Shown: piece after piece, positions 38,174 to 50,300 of the stretch
Position numbering within the stretch: position 1 is the stretch's first letter
Layout of the letters: the number at the start of each line of letters is the position of its first letter
From: Rhodothermales bacterium
GTDB lineage: Bacteria; Bacteroidota; Rhodothermia; Rhodothermales; Bin80
Assembly: GCA_965116685.1 (NCBI GenBank)
Contig: OZ220707.1
Location: 1,811,655 to 1,875,654 of the forward strand
Length of the DNA: 64,000 bases
Direction: 5' to 3'
Made by a program: the position numbers and the translations under genes
The notes under the pieces: model-generated
What the model saw: only the letters and a program-made list of their open reading frames with translations
Database searches by the model: none
Told to the model about the DNA's origin: nothing

Positions 38174-39313
38174 TTATTCGTGGTTGAGTGCACGGCAGTC
38201 TACAACCGTCCATCCGATGCGAACGAGGTCGCCCTTCACCAATCCGCCATGTCCCACGATATTTGGGATGGTGGCAATAAAATCCTCTCGACCACACGCG
38301 GCTAGGCGTACACGCAACTGATTCCCCAGAAACGTCAAATCTTCCACGGTTGCATCGACCTCATTCGTGTAGCGCCCCGCTCCCGGATTAATTTTCACGC
38401 GCTCGGGGCGAATGGAAAGAGACACCTTGTCCCCCACCTGACATGGAACTACCTTCAGGGCAGAAACAGTTGCACCGCCCGTTTCCACTTCACAGACATC
38501 GTTCTGCTGCGAAATTGCACGGACGCGTCCCTGGAGTTGATTACTCTCACCAATGAACCGAGCAACAAAAGCGGATTCAGGCTCTTCATACAGCCCTTCT
38601 GGCACGGCGATCTGCTCAACGACTCCCTCGCGAAGCACGGCGATCCGATCCGACATCACCATCGCCTCCTGTTGATCATGTGTGACATAGACGACCGTCA
38701 CCGCCAACGTCTGGTGAATGCGTCGTATTTCATACTGCATCTCGTCACGCAGGCTTCGGTCAAGTGCTCCCAAGGGCTCGTCCATCAGTACCAGGCTAGG
38801 TTCAAAGACAAGTGCTCTTGCGATTGCCACCCGTTGTTGTTGACCACCAGACAACTGTCCCGGTCGGCGGTCTACAAAACCCTCAAGGCGAACCAGACGC
38901 AGTACCCGCTCAACCCGCTCCCTGCGCTCGTCCGCGCCCATGCCACGCACTTCCAGCGGAAATGCGAGGTTTGCCCCCACCGTCATGTGAGGAAAAAGGG
39001 CGTAATTCTGGAATACCATCCCAATTCCGCGTTTGCGTGCCGGCAGGTCTTGGATAGGATCTCCATCCAACAAGATCTCGCCAGTTGTGGGTGCCTGAAA
39101 ACCGGCAAGCATCATCAGGATGGTCGTCTTTCCCGATCCCGAGGGGCCCAGCAATGTCACGAACTCGCCTGTCCGGATACTGAGATCAAGATCCTTGACG
39201 ACCAAGGTTCGCCCATCATAACTCTTTTCGACCCCTCTGAATTCAACGTGAGTACTGTTGTTACCCACGAGATCCTTGGAGCTGTTCTGTTCGCCTGTCG
39301 CAGTCAACGTCAA
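38174..39313 (-). CDS. ABC transporter ATP-binding protein (PotA-like)
   Basis: Walker A GPSGSGKTT, signature LSGGQQQRVAIARAL, Walker B LVLMDEPLGALD, and a C-terminal TOBE-like domain. TTG start at 39313 (GTG 39268 possible). Confidence 0.9.
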   Translation of the reverse strand: MTLTATGEQNSSKDLVGNNSTHVEFRGVEKSYDGRTLVVKDLDLSIRTGEFVTLLGPSGSGKTTILMMLAGFQAPTTGEILLDGDPIQDLPARKRGIGMVFQNYALFPHMTVGANLAFPLEVRGMGADERRERVERVLRLVRLEGFVDRRPGQLSGGQQQRVAIARALVFEPSLVLMDEPLGALDRSLRDEMQYEIRRIHQTLAVTVVYVTHDQQEAMVMSDRIAVLREGVVEQIAVPEGLYEEPESAFVARFIGESNQLQGRVRAISQQNDVCEVETGGATVSALKVVPCQVGDKVSLSIRPERVKINPGAGRYTNEVDATVEDLTFLGNQLRVRLAACGREDFIATIPNIVGHGGLVKGDLVRIGWTVVDCRALNHE

Positions 39314-39548
39314 TTACCTTAGATAGCATCGCTCCGCTGAAACGGAAGTCTGTGAATACTAGTTCCGCCGATTGGGCTCATTCTAGAACCTGGGCTATCT
39401 GATGAATGCCTGGGCATTGCCTGTCTTAAGGAGGGTGTTTGACCACTTCGGGATGCTACTCCAACCTCTCTTGATCTTACGCCGGGGTTCGCACTACTTC
39501 CTCCGACCCGCTTCCGGTACACTCAATCGGTTCTGTGACTTGGCATTT

Positions 39549-39851
39549 TCAGTCAATTTCACTGAGATCGTACCAGTCTATCTCCCGCTCACCAATACCG
39601 TCCTCTCCGGGTGCTCGCTCGATGAGAGTCACAAGAGTTGAACCGAAAATGTCGAAACCCATGAGCCGGTCCTGGACGCGCACTGCACCGACATATGTGG
39701 TGCCAGCCCAGACGTCAAAATAGGAGAACGCGTCGCGGTCGCGGGTGGTAGACACCCAGAGACGGTTCTGACCATCAAACCTGAATGCTGGCTTGAGGAG
39801 CCACTCCTTGGGCTCTCCTCGAAACTCCGCTGCAATGACATGTATCTCCGA
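39549..39851 (-). pseudogene. C-terminal fragment of a 6-bladed-beta-propeller-type lipoprotein gene split by the ISL3-bounded unit
   Basis: The open frame SEIHVIAAEFRGEPKEWLLKPAFRFDGQNRLWVSTTRDRDAFSYFDVWAGTTYVGAVRV...DWYDLSEID* begins exactly at the IS boundary and has no start codon. It continues the frame of 54137-54279. Confidence 0.65.
39844..39850. repeat. Target-site duplication, left copy (ATCTCCG)
   Basis: Identical 7-mer at 54137-54143, immediately outside the opposite ISL3 end. With the next base it is 8 bp with one mismatch (ATCTCCGA vs ATCTCCGG). Confidence 0.7.
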
Positions 39852-41122
39852 GATTCTACCGCGATTCCTATGGAATGATTAAATTTGGGCTCACTCAATA
39901 CAGAGGTATCCAATGGAAAGGGATTTCGTCACAGTGATGCGCTACAGCTTAGGATTAGGGCACGACTGGAAGATTGACAAGATGCTGGTGGACGAGCGGG
40001 AGCAGTAGATTGATATCTACATTTCGCATTCGGGAGGCACGTTGTTTTGCCCCGAGACGGGAGAGTCCGGTACACTCTATGATCATCGTGAGGAACGGAC
40101 TTGGCGCCACTTGGATTTGTTGGAATTCAAGTGTTTTATCCATTGTCGGGTTCCGCGGGTAGATGCGGGGGTGAAGACGATTAAGACGCCTTGGGCGGGT
40201 GCCTCAGATCGGTTCACGCATGCGTTTGAGCGCTGGACGATTGACTTGCTGTAAGCGACGAAGAATCAAACAAAGACCGCAGAGCTTCTTCGTTGTGGGT
40301 TTGACATCATCAATCGGATCATGCATCGCAGTGTATCCCGTGGAGAAGAGCGACGATCGCTGGACGGGATTGTGCATTTGAGTGTGGATGAGAAGGCGTT
40401 TCAGCGCGGGCATACGTATGCCACCATTGTCAGTGATACGAAGCGTGGTGTGGTGCTTGATGTCGGTGAAGGTCGGGACAAAGTTCGTGCAAAAGCGATG
40501 TTAAGCCGCCTTTGGTGGGATAAAAAGGCACAAATAAAGACCCTCACCACCGATATGTGGAAGGCCTACATTGCCCTGGCCAAGGAGGACCTCCCCGACG
40601 CAGAACTCATTCATGATCGTTTTCATTTGGTCAAGTATCTCAATGAGGGGATTGATCAAGTACGTCGCAGAGAGGTGAAGCAACATGAGGAACTCAAACA
40701 CAGTCGTTATGCGCTCTTGAAAAATGAACAGAATCGAACCCAAAAACAAGACGAGATTTTCAAAGTCATCCAGGAATCCAACTTGCAGGTCAGCGTCCCC
40801 TGGCGATTGCGAGAGGAATTCAAGGCGATCTTTGAATGCAGATCATTGTCCGATGCAAAGCAGTACTTCCAACTTTGGTTTGAGAGTGTGAAAGAAGCAG
40901 CCGTGAAGGAGATCATAAAAGTGGCGGAGATGTTTGAACGACATCTCACAGGCGTGTGTAATGCCCTTTGCCACGAACAGTCCAACGCCAGAGCATGCAA
41001 TGGGAAGATCCAGGAGGTCAAAACGATCGGTAGAAGATATAGAAAATTTGAAAACTTCCGATCGGCGATTCTTTTTTTCTGCGGCGATTTAGACCTCCAT
41101 TCACAATATTCACGGTAGAACC
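39852..41122 (+). mobile_element. ISL3-family insertion sequence, full-length copy 1
   Basis: IRL GATTCTACCGCGATTCC... matches the reverse complement of IRR ...ATTCACGGTAGAACC (GGTTCTACCGTGAAT). A single transposase frame lies inside. Confidence 0.8.
39937..41118 (+). pseudogene. ISL3 transposase with two in-frame stop codons
   Basis: One frame reads MRYSLGLGHDWKIDKMLVDEREQ*IDIYISHSGGTLFCPETGESGTLYDHREERTWRHLD...WTIDLL*ATKNQ...DEKAFQRGHTYATIVSD... The stops are TAG at 40006-40008 and TAA at 40252-40254. Confidence 0.8.
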
Positions 41123-41363
41123 GAATTAATTTCTAAAATCGCGGCTATTTTGGGGTACCGCCGCCCCCCCAACTAGCCGCCCCTAACGGCTGTCAGTTTT
41201 TCAAAAAAAACCTTGAACCTATGGAGAAAATCGTGTCTTCAAGAAACCGGAATGGGGGGAAGTTCAGTTATGGAATCAGGGAAGAATGCAATCTAAGGGG
41301 GCAATCATAAACAAATTTCCCATCTTATTCCGTTTGGCTCTTGCACTTGCAATGTTCAAGTCA

Positions 41364-44300
41364 CTAATACTGGAGCGATCCCCGCACATTCACGCCGATG
41401 TCTCCCAGTGAAGCTGTACGGCTGTGTGCCAGACCAAAGACCGAGAAGGTCAGCCGCTCCCATGGATGAAGTTCACCGCCCAACCGGTACATCCTGCCCT
41501 GTGACAGCTGAGTCACTCCCATGATTGACCGGGCGGTGCCATCTTTCCACGGAATCCCATACCCCAACTCCAATTCGGTCCGGTGAACCCCTGTCCCCAT
41601 CGGCGCCGCATCCCGGATCGTCTGCTGACCATACAGCGACATCCCCTGTCCCAGACCCCATGAAGGTCGTACCCGCATCATTAATCCTTCCGACCGGTTT
41701 CCCACCTGCACGAATCCCGAGATCCCCCACTCGCTGAACCCCGCCGCCGTATGCATCACCAGTCCCTGCGCGTGCACATCTGCCTTCAAGCGCCACGCCG
41801 GGTACGCTATCCGCATCCCTCCGCCAAACTCCAAGCCCACGCCCGTCTCCGCACTCCCGCCATCACTGCGCACATTCGCCTCCACATAGGGACGAAGCAC
41901 ATTGTTGATCCGCGCATTTGCTTCCACCCCTGCCCGAACCCGGTACACCTCCGCCGTCACCGCATGCGCCTCAATCTCTGCATCCGTCACCAGCACATCT
42001 CCATGATAGTTCAGCCCAATGGTGCTGTTTGATACCAGTGTTCCCCGAACCCCCATCGCACCAAACCTTGATGTCAGATCGCCGTCCAGCTCCAGCACCT
42101 CGGCCTGTCCGCGTCCGGCCCCGGCGCTCAACCATACCTCCCATCCTGCACGCGCCACCGACACATACGGATACACGCCCGTCAATCCTGCAGTGATCTC
42201 TCCCGACTCCTGCGCCGCCGCAAACGATCCCTCGCCCTGACTGTGGGACAGTAGAACCCCTGCCAGCCAGCCTCCCTTCCACCGGTAGTCTGCCCCCAGC
42301 ATCCCGGTGGTCACCTCGCCATCCAGCGTTAACCCGTCATCCTCCCGACCATTGAATTGACGGAATGCTCCCCGGCCCCATACACTGAACGACCCGCTGT
42401 ACGAGGTCGCCGACATGCGGCAGCCGCCCAACAACTCTCCCAGGGACGGATCCCAGGAAGAAGCCGAATACCAGAGCCGGGACATCTCTGCGCGCGTTGC
42501 CGCCCCGCATGCTGTACCATCCGCTCCGCGGAACCGATCCCCCAGTGCCTCCACCACCTGGGTCGCCGACGTCCGAACAAACCGTGCCGTATACGCCTCC
42601 AAGGCTTCCTGGCTTACCGTGGTTGCCGCCTGGATCGTTGCCACGCCCACCGCCTTCGCAATCTCTGCATTCTCCGAAGACTCCAGATGCACCGTGAAGG
42701 TCTCCTCCTGCCAGTCCAGCCCGTCCTTCAGGAGCGGGACCGCGATCATGGCATCCAACGTCCCCGGTGCCAGCGTCACGACTCCCGAAGCGGCTTCATA
42801 GTCTTCCCCCGCCTTCGCCGTTCCATCCTGCGTCCGGTATGCAGCCGAGATCATTTGACGCTGCGGATGGGACAGTGAGACTTGGAAACGGACCATTCCC
42901 TCTTCTTCCTGTACCAGTGCATCCTCCACCCGAAGAATTGCCGTCCCCCCATCATTGTCCAGGATCGTGCCCGTCCCCGTTCCACGCGCAATGATTGCGT
43001 TCTGCGGTTTCAATAAGGTCACCGCAAACGTCTCCGTTGACTCCGGGATCTCATCATCGGTGATCTCAATCTCAATCACCCCCTGGGTGGCACCCGGATC
43101 AAAGATCACAATCCCACGCGATGCCGTGTAGTCCAGACCCGACTCTGCCGTGCCATCCGTGCTGGCATACTGCACGGTTACCACCACATCCGTGGGACGG
43201 CTGAGTTCGATGGGCAGTTGAATGGCACCTGCATCTTCCAATTCCCGCTTGTCGTAGATCGTGATCGTCAGCGGCCCCGGACGCTCGTCATTGTCGGTAA
43301 TCGTCACCGTGACCGGTGCCTCCTCTCCGTTGTAGCCGCCGCCAGATGCTGCGAGATTTAGCTCTATCGTATCCGTCTCATAATCCTCATCCTCCGCCGC
43401 CGTTAAGGTCACCGTTTGGGCCTGATTCCAGTTGGAGGTCGTAAACGTAAGAGGAGTGTCACTCAGGCTCAGATCCGTTCCCGCGTGGCCGCTGAAGGTT
43501 ACCGTCACCGGGCCCGAGGGTTGGGCCAGCAAACGGACCTCAAGTGGATGCGTGCCTCCTTCTTCCATGGTCACGGCCTCCTCAACCACGAGACCCGCTG
43601 CATCATTTTCCGCAATCGTCACCGTGATCGTTATTGGTATCAGTTCGTCGTAGCCTCCGCCCGACGCAGTCAACAACAGGATCCCTGAATCAGTCTCAAA
43701 ATCATCATCCTCCGTCGCCGTTAATGTCATCGTCTTGGGAGTCTGCCAATCCGCGGTTGTAAACGTGAGCGAGAACCGATCCAGCATTAGGTCCGGGTTC
43801 GTATTCCTTGTAATCGTTACCACCACCGGTCCGGAAGGCGATCGGGCAAGCGCAATCTTCAACTCCTCCGAACCTCCCTCGGGAACGGTTACCCGATCCC
43901 GGACATCAATCCCCGGTGCATCATTGTCCGTGATCGTTACCGGAATGTAGGCGATTTCCTCGTAGCCACCCCCATTTGCCGTTACGGTCAACGTCTCAAA
44001 ATTCGAACTAAAATCCGTGTCATCTTCCCCCGCCGTCAACGTCACCGACTTCGCCATATCCCAGTCCGCCGGACTAAACGTCAGATGCGGAGGACTATAG
44101 GTCAGCAGTGATCCTGTCGGCAAAGTCATCATCACCGTCACTTCACTCAATGGCTTCGAGGTTAATGTAATCTGAAACGTTTGGGTGCCCCCCTCCACGA
44201 CCGATACCGATGGAGGCGTATTAATCCCTGCCTCATCGTCGTCGATGATGGTCACCTTGACCAATGATTGCTCTCCATTGGCCAGCTCAGAGGGTAGGGG

Positions 44301-47300
44301 GCCAAGTGCCACGGTGAAGGTCTCGTCGTCTTCTGCAATCTTATCCGCAACCGTGGAAATGGAATAGTTCCCGCGTGTCTCGCCAGCGTTGATTGTAATC
44401 TGAACCGGAGGCGATGCCTCGTAATCCTCATCCTTCACCGCCGTGCCATTCGCCACCGTCAATGGTATCGTTACATCGGTATCCTGTGCATCGGACAAGG
44501 TTGCGGTCACGGTCACCGATTTACCCTCCTCCACGAAATTGAGGGCCACGGACAGGTTCGTCACGATTGCGTTATCTGCCTCTGCGTCCCAAACTGCCGT
44601 CGCAGATACCTCAGAGGCTGGACCGGTATTGACACCATTGGTGGCCGAATTCGCGGCCACCGTCACCACCACATCAACATTCCCATTTGGCGTGATCTGC
44701 AGCGTATACTCGGACGCATCCACTATGGAGAACGAGTTCTGCACCTTACTGCCCCCGGTCACCGTCACATCCGCATCATCAAAGCCCGTTACATCCTCCG
44801 TGAACTTGAACCTTGCCGGGAACATCGCTGTGGAGCTGATCGTAGCGGGGGCGATGATGTCCAAGGTTGGGATCGCATCCCACCTCACTGTTTCCGACTG
44901 AGCCGATGCCGGCACGCCGTGGCCCTGGACCGTTACAGCGCCCGCCCGCACCGTCACCACTACATCAACATTCCCATTTGGCGTGATCTGCAGCGTATAC
45001 TCGGACGCATCCACTATGGAGAACGAGTTCTGCACCTTACTGCCCCCGGTCACCGTCACATCCGCATCATCAAAGCCCGTTACATCCTCCGTGAACTTGA
45101 ACCTTGCCGGGAACGTCGCTGTGGAGCTGATCGTGCCGGGAACATTGATGCTTAAGGTGGGGATCGCATCCCACCTCACTGTTTCCGACTGAGCCGATGC
45201 CGGCACGCTGTGCCCCCGGACCGTTACAGCGCCCGCCCGCACCGTTACCACTACATCAACATTCCCATTTGGCGTGATCTGCAGCGTATACTCGGACGCA
45301 TCCACCATGGAGAACGAGTTCTGCACCTTACTGCCCCCGGTCACCGTCACATCCGCATCATCAAAGCCCGTTACATCCTCCGTGAACTTGAACCTTGCCG
45401 GGAACGTCGCTGTGGAGCTGATCGTGCCGGGAACATTGATGCTTAAGGTGGGGATCGCATCCCATCTCACTGTTTCCGACTGAGCCGATGCCGGCACGCT
45501 GTGGCCCTGGACCGTTACAGCGCCCGCCCGCACCGTCACCACTACATCAACATTCCCATTTGGCGTGATCTGCAGCGTATACTCGGACGCATCCACCATG
45601 GAGAACGAGTTCTGCACCTTACTGCCCCCGGTCACCGTCACATCCGCATCATCAAAGCCCGTTACATCCTCCGTGAACTTGAACCTTGCCGGGAACGTCG
45701 CTGTGGAGCTGATCGTGCCGGGAACATTGATGCTTAAGGTGGGGATCGCATCCCACCTCACTGTTTCCGACTGAGCCGATGCCGGCACGCTGTGCCCCCG
45801 GACCGTTACAGCGCCCGCCCGCACCGTTACCACTACATCAACATTCCCATTTGGCGTGATCTGCAGCGTATACTCGGACGCATCCACCATGGAGAACGAG
45901 TTCTGCACCTTACTGCCCCCGGTCACCGTCACATCCGCATCATCAAAGCCCGTTACATCCTCCGTGAACTTGAACCTTGCCGGGAACGTCGCTGTGGAGC
46001 TGATCGTGCCGGGAACATTGATGCTTAAGGTGGGGATCGCATCCCACCTCACTGTTTCCGACTGAGCCGATGCCGGCACGCTGTGCCCCCGGACCGTTAC
46101 AGCGCCCGCCCGCACCGTTACCACTACATCAACATTCCCATTTGGCGTGATCTGCAGCGTATACTCGGACGCATCCACCATGGAGAACGAGTTCTGCACC
46201 TTACTGCCCCCGGTCACCGTCACATCCGCATCATCAAAGCCCGTTACATCCTCCGTGAACTTGAACCTTGCCGGGAACGCCGCTGTGGAGCTGATCGTAG
46301 CGGGGGCGATGATGTCCAAGGTTGGGGCATCCCAACGCGCTGTTTCGGTGGCATCATTTATCGGCCCTGGATTATTGAAACCACCCGTTGCAGCGTTCGC
46401 CTTCACTGTTACCACCACATCGGCACCGCCGTCCGGCGTGATCACCAGATCGTAGATGTTTCCAGTTCCCGTGAACACGCCCTTCGTGCCGCCCGTCACC
46501 GTCACATCAGTGTCGTCGGTGGGATCAAATCCAATCACCGATTCCGAAAACATGAAGCTTGCCCTGATATTCGCCGTGGAGTTGATCGTGCCGGGAATCC
46601 CGATGCTCACCGTGGGGGCATCCCAACGCGCCGTTTCGGTGACATCATTTATCGGCCCCCGATTGGAACTACTCATTGCAGCGTTCGCCTTCACCGTTAC
46701 CACCACATCGACATCGCCGTCCGGCTTGATCACCAGATCGTAGGTGTCTCCAGTTCCCGTGAACGCGCCCTTCGTGCCGCCCATCACCGTCACATCAATG
46801 GCTTCGGTGGCGTCAAAATCCGTCACCGCCTCCGTCCATGTAAAGGTCGCCGTGATGTCCACCACGGAGTTGATCCTGGGTTTATCCAACGTGATCGCCA
46901 CCGTCGGAGCATCCTTCCAAACCGCCGTTTTGGACATCCTCTCTAACGGCCCCGTATTCGCGCCGTCGGTTACAGCGTCCACCTCCACCGTCATTACCAC
47001 ATTAGCATTACCGTCTGGTGTGATTTCCATCGTATATTTCCACCATTCTTCACTAACGGTGAACAGGTCCCCCATGCCCCCAGTCACTGTCACATCCCCG
47101 GCCTCAAAGCCCGTTACATTCTCCGAGAACACGAACGTCGCCGTGAAAGGGTCCGTCGTGTTGATCGTCGCCGGTATGTCAATACTCGACAAACCTGGGA
47201 CCGTCATATCACACTCCGCCTCGGCGGTGACACGCGACAACGGACCAAGGTTACTGGAGAGGTCCATTGCAGCATCTTCCTCTACCGTTACCGTCACCTT

Positions 47301-50300
47301 GTCGCCACTACCAGTACAGCCATCTCCCGTGATCGCCAGCGTGTACTCGGTTCCGCTCACGGCAGTAAAGGCACCTTTCGTGCCACCGGTGACCGTCACA
47401 TCGCCCGTCAAAAAGTCCGACACAGCCTCCGACCAAATAAAGGTCGCGGTGATGTTCGTCGTGGAGTTGATCGTGGAGGGAACCCCGGTGATCGTCACCG
47501 TTGGGGCGGCCGCGTCCCAGATGGCCATTTTGGAGACCTCGGAGGCCGGCCCCCTATTGACGCCATCGGTGGCCGCATTCGCGGCAACCTCAACCGTCAC
47601 ATTTGATCCGCTGGTTGGCGTGACCACCAGCGTGTACTCGATTCCGCTCTCGGCAGTAAAGGCACCTTTCGTGCCACCGGTGACCGTCACATCGCCCGTC
47701 AAAAAGTCCGACACAGCCTCCGACCACGTAAAGGTCGCGGTGATGTTCGTCGTGGAGTTGATCGTGGAGGGAACCCCGGTGATCGTCACCGTTGGGGCCG
47801 CATCCCAGGTCGCCGTCGCTGTCTCATCAGTGGCCGGGCCCGTATTGAGGGTGGCATCGGTGCCCGAATTCGCGTCCACCGTCACCACCACATCGGATCC
47901 GCTGGTTGGCGTGATCCCCAGCGTGTACTCGGTTGCGCTCACAACAGTAAAGGTGCCTTTCGCACCAGAGGGGGCCACCGACACATCCGTCGCATCAAAG
48001 CCCGTCACCGCCTCCGACCAGATAAAGGTCGCGGTGAACGCCGTCGTGGAGTTGATCGTGGAGGGAACCCCGGTGATCGCCACCGTTGGGGCCGCATCCC
48101 AGGTCGCCGTCGCTGTCTCATCAGTGGCCGGGCCCGTATTGAGGGTGGCATCGGTGCCCGAATTCGCGTCCACCGTCACCACCACATCGGATCCGCTGGT
48201 TGGCGTGATCCCCAGCGTGTACTCGGTTGCGCTCACAACAGTAAAGGTGCCTTTCGCACCAGAGGGGGCCACCGACACATCCGTCGCATCAAAGCCCGTC
48301 ACCGCCTCCGACCAGATAAAGGTCGCAGTGAACGCCGTCGTGGAGTTGATCGTGGAGGGAACCCCGGTGATCGCCACCGTTGGGGCCGCATCCCAGGTCG
48401 CCGTCGCTGTCTCATCAGTGGCCGGGCCCGTATTGAGGGTGGCATCGGTGCCCGAATTCGCGTCCACCGTCACCACCACATCGGATCCGCTGGTTGGCGT
48501 GATCCCCAGCGTGTACTCGGTTGCGCTCACAACAGTAAAGGTGCCTTTCGCACCAGAGGGGGCCACCGACACATCCGTCGCATCAAAGCCCGTCACCGCC
48601 TCCGACCAGATAAAGGTCGCGGTGAACGCCGTCGTGGAGTTGATCGTGGAGGGAACCCCGGTGATCGTCACCGTTGGGGCCGCATCCCAGGTCGCCGTCG
48701 CTGTCTCATCAGTGGCCGGGCCCGTATTGAGGGTGGCATCGGTGCCCGAATTCGCGTCCACCGTCACCACCACATCGGATCCGCTGGTTGGCGTGATCCC
48801 CAGCGTGTACTCGGTTGCGCTCACAGCAGTAAAGGTGCCTTTCGCACCAGAGGGGGCCACCGACACATCCGTCGCATCAAAGCCCGTCACCGCCTCCGAC
48901 CAGATAAAGGTCGCGGTGAACGCCGTCGTGGAGTTGATCGTGGAGGGAACCCCGGTGATCGCCACCGTTGGGGCCGCATCCCAGGTCGCCGTCGCTGCCA
49001 CATCAGAGGATGGGCCCATATTGGAAGAGGCAGCGGTAGCCGAACTCGCCTTCACCTTCACCTCCACATCGCCATTGGTGCCAGTCTGAGGGCCAGTTGG
49101 CGTGATCTTCAGCGTGTACAGACTTGCGTCCGAGGGATTTGGAGTAAAGGTGCCTTTCGTGCCATTGGTGACCCTCACATCGTTCTTCTTAAAGCCCGTC
49201 ACAGGCTCCGTCCATGTAAAGGTTGCGGTGAACGCCGTCGTGGAGTTGATCGTGGAGGGAACCCCGGTAATCTTCACCGTTGGGGTCGCATTCCAGATAG
49301 CCGTTTTGGAGACCGCAGTGGTCGGTCCGGGATTGAGACCATCCGTTGCAGCGTCCTTATTCACCCTCACCACCACATTGCCATTGGTGCCAGTCTGAGG
49401 TCCGTCTGGCGTGATCAGAAGACTGAATGTGGTAAAATTTGATCCAGATAAAGTACCTTTCGTGCCACCGGTAACCTCCACATCCTCACTCACAAATTGA
49501 AACACCGGTTCAGAAAACGCAAACGTCGCCGTGAACGCCGTCGTTGAGTTGATCTCATCTGGCACCCCGATCGTCACCGTTGGGGCGTCCGCATCCCAAA
49601 CTGCCCTCGCTTTCACATTAGAGGCCGGACCGGTATTAATGCCATCACTAAGAGCGTGCGCATCTATTGCCACCACCACATCCTGACCGCCCAATGGCGT
49701 TAACCTCCATGTGCGCGTGATTCCATGTGAAGAAGTCCTGCTATGGGAGGAGGTGCCACCAAATCTCACATTAGCGTAAGCCCCATCCCCATCCAACGCC
49801 TCGCTGAACTTAATGGTTACATCAAACGGTGTCCTTGAGTTGATCTTTACTGGAACTCCGGTGACGCCTACCACCTTTGGGGGCACATCATCCCATTTCA
49901 CCGTCTCGGTCACCGCAGAGCTCGGGCCTGGATTGTCGTCACTATCCTTCACAGAATTCGCCTTCACCGTCACCTCCACATCTTCGTTGCCGTTTGGCGT
50001 GATCTCCAACGTATACGTGTCATCATCCACGCGAGTCAAACTTCCCAACACATCGTGCCCGGTCACCGTCACATCGCTAATCGCAAAATCCTGCACATCC
50101 TCGTCGAATTCAAACGTCGCCGTGAACAGAGCCGTTGAGTTGATCCTGCTGCTGGGAAACACAATGTTCACAACTGGGCTTGCATCCCAACGCGCAGTGG
50201 CGGTGACGGGAGCTGTCGGGCCATCGTTTGTACCGTCCGAGGCAGCATTCTTCTTCACCTTCACCACCACATTGGCGGCGCCGTCTGGCATGATCTCCAG

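Noticed and set aside
38537-39322. 261-aa plus-strand ORF
   Set aside because: It lies entirely antisense to the well-supported ABC ATPase gene. The peptide has no motifs and odd composition.
44580-48966. Regularly spaced near-identical repeats considered as a possible CRISPR array
   Set aside because: The units are 291-294 nt, contiguous with no unique spacers, multiples of three, and in frame within a 10-kb ORF. No cas genes are present in the window.
46744-49089. 781-aa plus-strand ORF, together with 46083-46946, 49813-50982 and the series of 69-78-aa ORFs at 291-nt spacing
   Set aside because: All lie antisense to the adhesin repeats. Their periodicity simply mirrors the coding repeats on the minus strand, and their sequences are low-complexity (V/T/S/A/P-rich). 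They are shadow ORFs.
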